NCBI GenBank assembly: GCA_964057225.1
Contig: OZ059895.1
Span: 4,960,001-5,024,000, forward strand
Source: Auanema rhodensis
Lineage: Eukaryota; Animalia; Nematoda
Length of the DNA stretch: 64,000 bases
Reading direction: 5' to 3'
Position 1 is the stretch's first letter; each line of letters begins with the position of its first letter. Under the pieces are notes generated by a model. That model searched no databases. It had not been told where the DNA came from and worked only from the letters and a program-made list of their open reading frames with translations. This document shows positions 53,801 to 64,000 of this stretch, one piece after another. The position numbers and the translations under genes were made by a program.

Positions 53801-54869
53801 AAAGTACGATTCCCGAAACATCAAGAGTAACAACTATTAAATTAATTTTTAGAATAATTCCACCGATCAATGAAGACGAAGATGTTGATGTAGATAAAGA
53901 AGATGAAGACCCTGAGACTGATAACGAGGTTATTACATTATTTTATACAGCTTAAATTAAGCAAGTTCTGTTTCAAGGATTCGGAACCAGAATGGGCAGA
54001 CGATGAAGATGATGCTGAGCATGTTGATTTAGCAGTTCCAACTACAACCAAGGTATATTTATCTGTTATTGTATTTTCATTCCAAATCTATAAAGGACCA
54101 ACCACTGCAAACCATTTTACATAGCGATACCGATATCAACCAATGGAAAGGTGAATTAGAACGGGTTACACCCATGCTCAAAATCGTTATTCGTCAGGAT
54201 GCTAAGGTATAGGTGACTCTTTACATACTATTAAATATTCAATATTTAGGACTGGAGAATGCATCTTGAACAAATGGGGAATTTCCAGAGATCAATCACA
54301 GAATTGATTGATCAAACAACTCCGCAACTCGATAAAGTGAGAACGGCATAAATATTTCAGTGAAATTCATTATTACAGATCCATATCGATCTCCAACAGT
54401 CATTGGAAAGAATTGAAAGTCGCGAGAAAACACTAAATCAGCAAATGAGTAACATATTGTCCAAATTCAGAGAAGCCCAAGATAGACGAGCTGAAACGAA
54501 AGAGAAATATAAGTTCGTCCAAAAACTTGGAGACGATAATTTTAGTGATTCATTTTCTAGATCTGCTTCAGGGGGAGTCGATCAACGCACAGAAACTTTG
54601 CAGAAAATATCAGAGGAAATTGAACAACTGAAGCAACAAATCGAAGAACAAGGAGCAAAAACAAGTGACGGAGGTATATATAATTATTACTGTAAAGAAA
54701 TATATATGAATGTTCAGCTCCGATGGTAAAAATTAAACAAGCTGTTGCGAAAATGGAAGCAGATATTGATCGTATGAATGTACAAATCGGAGTTTTGGAG
54801 CAAGGTCTTCTGAATGCTCAATTAAGAGATAGAGTAGCTTTCACAACAGAAGCATATTCTTTCATTTGA
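50812..54869 (+). CDS. che-13: Intraflagellar transport protein IFT57, multi-exon, with a 2.4-kb intron (51240-53684)
   Basis: LLDKLKLLNYE, NVGEQFYLFTSLAAWLI, PQEFDDPNSTI, KLRQGSGE, WKGELERVTPMLK, KDWRMHLEQM, LERIESREKTLNQQ, SDGAPMVKIKQA...FI*. Confidence 0.95.
51379..53386 (-). CDS. Glycosyltransferase family 92 (DUF23) type II membrane protein, nested antisense in the che-13 intron
   Basis: MNNSVNH...; N-terminal TM segment ILLTILGIMATVLTIGLTIF; VVVCFTPLF; RNQASAMTDCLLRYK...IIFPDPDDVIIP (GT92 signature with a DxD-like motif); ends IHWSTLH*. Confidence 0.82.
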
Positions 54870-55014
54870 ATGAGAAAACTAAAAAAAACTAATGAACAGA
54901 AGTACGATTCATTTCCTAATTGTGATTAGTTTAATCATTGATAAATGAGGTTATTATAAAAAGTGCAAGATACAAGAGAGAACCCGGTAAATAAAATTTT
55001 AAAAAATGTATACA

Positions 55015-56740
55015 TTAGTTGCGGTTCCAGAGACCTAAAGTCGCAATCCTTTTTTTAGTCTTATCAGGGCTAGTTCGGGCAGCGTTTTCATTACTCCCCA
55101 ACAAAGAAATTTTTGAGTCGCTGTTATTACCCCTGCGTAGTTCTTCTACCTAAAACCAAACAGAAAACTATAAAAACCAATAGAATAAAAAACCTCAGCT
55201 TTAAGCTTCTCAACGTCTTGTTTTTTCAGGACTACCATCTGACGCTGTTCTTTTTCCAATAGCACTAACTAAATTTTATCAATAAGTAAACACTTAAAAC
55301 AGTTGTCAATACGTCATTTCCTCTTTTGGCAATATTACTCTCGCGCTCTCTCACCTTATCTTCGAAGAGCTATAATAAAAAAATAAGGAAGAGAAAAATA
55401 AGATAACTTTACTTTGTCCATGTTAGCTTTCTTATCAGAGAGTTCTTTTTCTTTATTACGTCTTTCCTCTTCCATTTGAGTAAATGGATCCCTGCATTAT
55501 AGTTTGAAGTGAGAAAACAATTTAGAACACCAACCTGTCACCGGAATTTTTAGGTAATTTTTCCATCTGTCGGTAACGATAATTTTCGTAATGTACCGAC
55601 CTTGTGACATCTATCATATCAATCAAGTTAGTACGCACAATAAGATCCCTCAAAGCAATAAAGTCATTATGGGACATATTTTCTACTTCAACGATTCCCC
55701 ATGGATATTCTCTGAATTACAAAATGATTGATTGATTACAAAAAATGTGGTACCTATATCTCACTTTCTTCCCATCCTTATCTTTAATCATGTTACTTCC
55801 AACTATAGCGAAAGGCAATTTGTTACGCAAATCATGAGTAATTTTGTCGGTGTCCTCCTCTGCATCAGGAAACTTATAAAGCTTAATATTATTGCTCTCG
55901 ATATCTTTTGTGATCTGAAACAAAAACAGTTAAATAAATAAAACGACGAATAACAGTCAATAGTCACCTGTGACTTAAAACGCAGAAGCTCATCTTTTGT
56001 TAAGCAATCGGCTTTAGCAATTACAGGAACTATGTTGATAAGCCCGCTAAGGTTCTTCATAAATTCAATATCAATTGGTTTTAAACTACAAACAAATATC
56101 AATTCCACCTTAAAGAAACTACCTCACCCGTGGCCAGAAGGTTCAATAAAGTACAAGCAGAGGTGCACGCATTTGTCGACCCACTTCTCACTGCGTTCGA
56201 TGCGAATTTCTTCGGAAAAATATTCCAAATATTTGCTTTCAACATACTTAATGATTGGTTCCCAACTAAAAAAATGAAATAAGCAGAAAATATGTTAATA
56301 AAAAAACCATTTAGAGTTGTTAACTGCGTCTCCAAAACCTGGGGTATCAACCAATGTAAGATTCAAAGTTACACTGTTTTCCACCAATTTAACCTGAATT
56401 AATTGAAAATTAAAGAATAAAACTATATCTTTACATGTTTTTCCTCAATTCGTACAGTTGAGCTCGGCAATTCTGGGGTATAATCAGTGATATCATTGAT
56501 TTCGGCAAGGAAGAGAGTGTTTATAAAAGTGGATTTTCCTAAACCACTTCGCCCTTAATTAAATAATTTTATTCAAGTACTAAATGTTCACTAACCTACA
56601 ACCATTAGAGTGAAGTCAAAACCATTTTTAATTGCTCGTCGGAACACTTGATTAGGAAAATTAGCAAAACCCCAATAATTTTGCGGTTCTTTGTAATTGG
56701 AATTACGCGACTCTTCTAGTTCACTTTTCACACGTGTCAT
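55015..56740 (-). CDS. unc-59: Septin (SEPT7/CDC10 group), multi-exon
   Basis: [38 protein letters not shown] (P-loop), [37 protein letters not shown], coiled-coil tail ending LGLWNRN*. Confidence 0.95.
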
Positions 56741-57054
56741 CTGAAGTATTACATTTCTTAGTTCAATGTTAAGCTAAATAATAAATGCATAAAATAACTT
56801 CCACATTACACATTAATAAAAATTTTAAACCTAGTTTACAGACATTCAAATGTTAAAATTTCGCGGTTGTTTATGTTATGGTGTCGTTTCGGGACCAATA
56901 CCTAAAATACCTTGAATAATATATTTGCAAGGATATGCACATTTTTTACATTATTAGTTTTCAGCTTCTTGCGTTTTTAAGATGTTTATATTTAACCTTG
57001 CTTAATTATAAATTTTTTAGGCTGCTAAAGTTTTAATAACGGGAGAAACATATA

Positions 57055-58240
57055 ATGGTACAATTTTATTTTTGGAAAATGTAATAGTTAATGACGTATT
57101 TTAGCCACAAAACGATCACATTGAATTACATCGTAAACGATATGGTCGTCGTCTTGATTATGAAGAAAGGCTGTACGTTTTTTTAAATATGAAGTTTGAA
57201 TATGTATTATTTTTTAGTCGCAAGAAGCAAGCTCGTGCTGTTCATGAACGTTCCCAAAAGGCTAAAAAGCTGAGAGGTCACAAAGCTAAATTGTATCATA
57301 AGAAAAGATATTCTGAGAAGGTACGGTGTATATAAAGCAATTAGCATACAATATATTTTTAAGGTTGAAATGAGAAAACTCCTGAAACAACATGAAGAAA
57401 AGGATCAAAAAAGTACAGTGGACACTCCTGACAAAGTAAGAGTATGATATGTTCATTTATATAAGAGTTTTAGGGAGCTGTTCCAGCTTATCTTCTTGAT
57501 CGTCAGCAACAAACCAGTGGAACAGTATTATCAAATATGGTTAAACAGAAAAGAAAAGAAAAAGCTGTGAGTATCTTATGGATTATTCCCATTTTTGATA
57601 TGCTGATTATTAGGGAAAGTATCAAGTACCTATTCCACAAGTACGGGCTGTAAGTGATGCTGAAGCATTCAAAGTTGTTAAAACTGGTAAAACCAGAAGA
57701 AAGGGATGGAAACGAATGGTTACTAAAGTAAGAATATTCAAAATATACTTGATATTGGGTGGAATATCATACTTAGGTCACTTTTGTGGGAGAATCATTT
57801 ACTCGCAAACCAGCTAAATTCGAAAGATTTATTCGCCCTATGGGGTTACGCTTCAACAAGGTTTTTCTTTGTATTATTTTATTTCCTAGTTTTTTACTTT
57901 TAGGCCCATGTTACTCATCCTGAATTACAAACAACTTTCCATCTTCCAATTGTTGGTGTGAAGAAAAACCCATCAAGTCAAATGTATACATCTTTAGGTA
58001 CATTACATATTCTTATTATGTTAATTACAAGTTTATTACAGGTGTTATTACCAAGGGTACAATTATTGAAGTTAATGTTTCTGAATTGGGAATGGTGACA
58101 CAGGGAGGAAAAGTTTGTTACATAGAATGTTTTAGTTTATGATCCTAGCTATATTTTTTTAGGTTGTGTGGGGTAAATATGCGCAAGTTACAAATAATCC
58201 AGAAAACGATGGTTGTATAAATTCTGTACTTCTGATCTAA
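57055..58240 (+). CDS. NSA2: Ribosome biogenesis protein NSA2, multi-exon (first coding exon is the ATG only)
   Basis: ATG|[87 protein letters not shown]. Confidence 0.97.
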
Positions 58241-58598
58241 TCAAGTATTTCGTTTATATAAGAAACACTTGTTGAAATTTTTTTCGTTCTGATCTTTCTG
58301 TTTTAGAGCAATTTTTAATTGTTCTTTTTGTTATTGACCGTATTTTGTTACATGGAATGTAGTAAAAATAACATGTTGATGAATTATCTTTTGTTTTCTT
58401 TAAACGTTTTCGGCATATTCATCTTGGAAATCTATTTCTTAGCTCGGTTTGCCGACAGCTATTCTATTATTCGTCATCAATTTAGTCTTTGGAGATTTGG
58501 TTAAGAATCATTGGGCGAGTATTATGCTCTTGAAAGTACTGTACTTCTACATATACTGTGTTTTATTACTCATTTAAAATCAAATAACAGACAAATTA

Positions 58599-59300
<702 letters not shown>

Positions 59301-60218
59301 TCTCATGAACGTTTTGTGAAACTGAATTACGTTCTTTCTCATCCGGAAAAGCTGTGAAGAATCCCAGGAGAGACATTTGATGTCGGCGCTGGTTGTCAAA
59401 TACGGTAGAGGCGGATCATGTAATTCATTTAGCGCATATCATTGTGGAACTTTGTTGTTGCAATTGTCAGCTTAAAAATAAGAGTATTCCGAGATTATAT
59501 ACTATTAAAGTTGTTTGAAAATATTTAAATGTTCATCATGCTCCTTAATTTAGATCAGATAGGTAATATGCTTGTTCCAATTTTGATCAGTTAGCTATTT
59601 TTTTGTTTTCAACAAAATATTCTTGTTCCAGCTAAAATTACAATTTGAGTATTTCTTAACTTGAATGAAATATGAAACATAGGTACATTAAAGGAACGAA
59701 ATATCATATTCGAAAATTACCGGTTTTCCTAAGTTTTTTTGAAATTAAAATTGGATAGTCAAGAAAAGATTATATTCTTGTTATAAAAAATGGAAATCAC
59801 TGTTATTAAGATATATAATTTATTTTACAACATATATTTAAGTTTGAATAATTCTTTAAACAAAAAGCATTACCCGATTGACAGGCAGTTCACATGGGAA
59901 TTGGCTTGGCAACATGCTGAACAAAAAATTTGCATATTTCGCGATAGAGAATTTCGAGAAAATTATTAAATGACGGCAGCTTAGAGACTATGATGAAAAA
60001 TGACAGTGATGACAGCTACAAATTGAGGGGAAGTGTTTAAAGAAAGCCGAAAAGATAAAGAATAACATGCCAAAATTATATTATTTTGAATAACAAAACT
60101 ATTCATTTGCATCTTTTCTATTTATTTTACAATTTATACTTTAAAATTAAAACAAATAAAGATTTAATTAATTTGATCTGTTCGAGCGTTCCATCTAGAG
60201 GTATCTCTTTTGTATTTT

Positions 60219-61114
60219 CTAAAAAATATATACCAACATAAGCAGTGTTGCCAGTATAATTCTGAAATAAACATGTGAAACGCAAATCAGCATAAATTAA
60301 TTTTTACCCCATTTTAGAGGATGAATCTATATCATAATCATCTCGAATATTATATGTTTCATAAGTAACATTTGACCAATCGGGTTCAACTGTTAACGGA
60401 GCGAAAAAAATTTTTTTTAGATTCTCGAGTGTTCCCTAAACTTGTACAAAAAGTTATTGTTCTAATACTGAAGAAGACAACAATCAAGAATTCAAGAACT
60501 AACAGGTTCCAATATGGGATCGGGAGATTCCAAACGAGGTATTTTAAGCACTTGCCCTAACCCATTATAGTCAAATCTTGTTGGATATCTTCTTAATTCT
60601 TTTCTGATATAATTTGTATCACTGTCAGCAAACGAAACAGCTAGTGTAAGCTCTGCAGTAGCATTATCTACGTAAAGCCTAGCATACTCAAGTTGATGCG
60701 AAAGCATTAAATGATCGGCAGCCAATTTGTCTGGGAAAAGTCCTAGACAAATCTGAAACAAATAGTAAATTAACTACTTCTCCCAACATTTAATTCTAAT
60801 TAATTGTTGTACCGCGGTGTTAAAATATTCATAAAAAAAGAAGTATAGAGAAAAGTCATAAACTTACAGCTTCACAAACTTCAATAATTCTTGATTCACT
60901 GGGAGCATTCAAGTGATTTTTTTGGTTTGCTATATAACTCTCCATTTTGTTATGAAAATTAGCGCCCTATAATATGAACATATCACAAATAATCTGCATT
61001 AAATCAAACCGGCTGAGTACAATAACTTATTTGATAATTAGAAGAATTGACAAGTTGACGTTTTGAGCTAACAGTATTTACAACAGTAAATAAAAACAGC
61101 CAATTAAACAGCAT
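60219..61114 (-). CDS. Uncharacterised secreted, probably GPI-anchored protein (5 exons)
   Basis: GT-AG splicing keeps the frame at the junctions checked. Signal peptide MLFNWLFLFTVVNTVSS; C-terminus SSSKMGIILATLLMLVYIF* resembles an omega site plus hydrophobic tail. Confidence 0.72.
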
Positions 61115-64000
61115 ACTTGCGTAGAAAATGAACTTGAGTTGCATTCACGTCAAACTTCACGTTGTAACGTTGTTAACTCTGAAAAGATGCAGACACGTCA
61201 TTTAAGTGAAAACAATATATTTCTTGTTACCTACATTGCTACGAGTATATTTATATTGATGTACATACATTTATGCATGCAAACATCTCTATCTCTTTAA
61301 ATCGTGTATAGTACGTGTTCAATAAAGCCAAAGAAACACGTTCTAGGGCGATGTACATGAGAATGACACTTCAGAATGTTGAAGTAACCTCCCACAGAGT
61401 CAATTTTATTTCTATCTTTATACAAAAAAAAAGATTTTAATTCGCAATGCTTTGTAAAAAAATGGTTCTGAGATACTGTCAAGTATTTATCTGATGTGAC
61501 AATATGTATCGTACCATGTAATAACTAAAACAATTGACCATAATCTAGAACTAAACGATTGCTTTCTAGTCATACGATGAAACTGCTCCATGTTTTCGAT
61601 AATTTGTATAATGTTTTTCCTATTCAGCATGATATTATGTTCTTTTAATAAATTAGTCTTACATATAAAACTAATCACTTCTTTTGAACCAAAACGAAAA
61701 AAAACAGAACGGCCAATCTCAAAACCAAAATCGATGTGTCGTTTTACTCAAAGAAGTTCTATGTATATATGTATGTGTAAAAGAAAACAAGAGTATGCAA
61801 GTCAAGCACATATGTATGTAACGGTAACAAAAAGATAATTAAAAAAGAAAATCACATCTTCATGTATGGAAAAAATCTTTATTTTTTAAATGGATCATTA
61901 ACATTGCTGCCACATATGGGTTATTTATATGTGTATGAATGTTTATAACTAGACATTCTTTTTCGTCGACGAAGAATGCTTCAAACTCTACGAGAAACTT
62001 TCGAAAAAATTAAATGATATCGAGGAGTAGACAGGAATATGCCCAAACAATTGTGAGAAACAAAGAGAAAAATGCTTGATACCTGAGGCGATCTTTCTCT
62101 CGTGTCTTTAATCTTTTTATATTATAAGTCAAGTGTTCCAATTAACGCCCATCAGAACTTAAAAAACCGGCCCAATCGGAATAGTCTCAAAACCAAAAAC
62201 GATTTATTGTTGTACTTGAATGTGTTATATGTATTTTTTGTTGAATAGAACGAATAAAATTTTAATTTGCTTTAGAGCTCTTACATTTCTCTCTTTTTTG
62301 CGAGAAATACATTAAGCAACAAAGACGAACTCATAAGTAGCCAGCATGGTTTCTGTAATTGTTTAATGGTCCAACCAGTTATAGAGTTTCAACAATTTTT
62401 CTTTCTTTCAGAAGCTCAAAACGTATTTTTTTTGTAGTTGCATTGCTATTTTTGGTTTACTATTTGTGTGCATTTTCTCAACCTTTTTTAACATTACATA
62501 GTTTTAGAGCTCATATACACTTGATTTTGAAGTATATTATTACGAATAGATGAAGAAATTTTGATGTGGCAGTGTGTACGATGAGATAATGTTGCATTTT
62601 ATTCTCTTTTCACCTTTTCTGAAGTCTTGCAGCTACCCCGTAGCTATGCATGTATATGTATATTGAATGAATCCAGTTTGACTATTGGATACTGTTTAAA
62701 GTTAAAGAAATTACAATGAACTTATGAACATAGGTCTATTCATATGCATGAGCTTTAGAGCCTTAAAATTAATCAGAAAAAAATTTCTTTAGAGTGAAAA
62801 TTTCTGGTATAAAATACTACCGACCAAGGCATATTTCCCATATTGTACTCATAATAAAATTTTTCTTCTATGGGCATCGTTTTTAGAAAGGTTTGGAAAG
62901 ATATCATGTCTGATAAACTACTTTACTTTCTCTTATTATCATAGTTGATCTACCAAGCCTAGCTAAGATTTGCCAAAATAACTCAGCTATTATGCTTTCA
63001 AAAAGGGATGAAAGCTGAAAAGATGAACGTAATTTCAAGAGAAACAGTATTAAAAAGAAGATAGTGAGAGAACAAGAATATAACAGAGAGAGAGAAAAAA
63101 AATTGACAACGGCGACCAGCTGGAGATGTCTATCCAGTTTTGGCATTCCCATCATCGTCGCCAAACGTGATGATGGTCGGGTTAAGCCAGCGGCTGATCT
63201 TCATTCATTCCTTTTTTTACAGATCAGTATCTTAAGTTTTTTTACAAATCATTTTTTTCATAAAATTCCTTATGGAAAATCAACGTTACGTCCATTCTTA
63301 TCTCTTTTAATTGGTACTTCTTTTCTGTATAATTTGTGTTCCGTAGCTCACCCTCTTAACTCGCTTCTTAGAGGTCATCGAGTATATAATCTATGATCAT
63401 ATACATATGTATGGCTTCAGGAGCTAGAGATATTTTCATTGTCATCATCATATGTATTGTTATTTGAAACACTTCTTTCGACTGTCAGACGAGGACAGAT
63501 TTTATCTGTTGAAGTCATACAAAGTAACACCCGACACTAATTTGTTCAGTTGAAATATTCAAGCTGTTCTCGATAGATTCAAGTTATTCTTCTTTTATTT
63601 GTATATTGTACGGAAATCACTGAATGTAATGATTATTGCATATATATTTTCTTATACTTTTTCAACTTTTCAACACATTTTTCCTGAACAAAATTAGTTT
63701 TTTCTAAGTTTTTCAGGAAAAAGAAACGTTCGACAATTTACTATATTATACGTTTATTTTTTTTAAAGATACTGTAGTTTTTATCTTCCAATCTAATAGT
63801 TTTTTAAAGTTACTCCTTTGTTTTCATATTATTTTTTAGCGCAAACAAGCTTGATTTTTAATACTGATGATATTAAAAAAAAATAATGTTATTCGGTCTC
63901 TATAATAACTGAACGTTTTAGAAAAGCCCAAAACATTATTTTCAACATGTTCTTATAGCAGACTTTATTGAACTTGCGCTATATTTCTTTATAATTTTCA

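Noticed and set aside
56859-56866. E2F-like TTTCGCGG in the divergent unc-59/NSA2 promoter
   Set aside because: A single 8-mer is plausible but not supportable without conservation data.
41623-58504. Many short ORF-track entries (e.g. 42424-42828 -, 43543-43851 +, 45451-45684 -, 52521-52715 +, 55732-55941 +, 58319-58504 +)
   Set aside because: They are antisense or off-frame shadows of the spliced genes called above, or chance ORFs in UTR/intergenic DNA.
61297-63396. ORFs in the last 3 kb as genes
   Set aside because: They are AT-rich, low-complexity translations with no recognisable motifs, and I could not build a consistent splice model.

Overview
Eukaryotic, AT-rich DNA from a rhabditid-type nematode, judged from the ~40-60 bp introns, TTTCAG-type acceptors directly before ATGs, and orthologues of C. 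elegans genes. Bases 1-38672 are a tandem array of about 98 copies of a 351-bp satellite. Ten near-identical 433-bp composite insertions interrupt it, each an inverted piece of the satellite plus a 222-bp GC-rich foreign fragment, and they have been amplified as higher-order repeats. The array ends in a diverged inverted monomer fragment, followed by a ~550-bp fold-back (38836-39384). Each fold-back arm carries a 29-bp palindrome built on the nematode telomere repeat (TTAGGC-NNN-GCCTAW). This looks like a Sequence-For-Elimination-type break and telomere-addition site for programmed DNA elimination, sitting at the satellite/gene boundary. From ~41.3 kb the window is gene-dense: pdp-1, an SS18-like gene, lpd-5/NDUFS4, an MPP8-like chromodomain-ankyrin gene, TMX3, che-13/IFT57 (with an X-box and a nested antisense GT92 gene), unc-59, NSA2, ceh-12 and a predicted GPI-anchored protein. 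Gene models were spliced by eye. No database searches were run.
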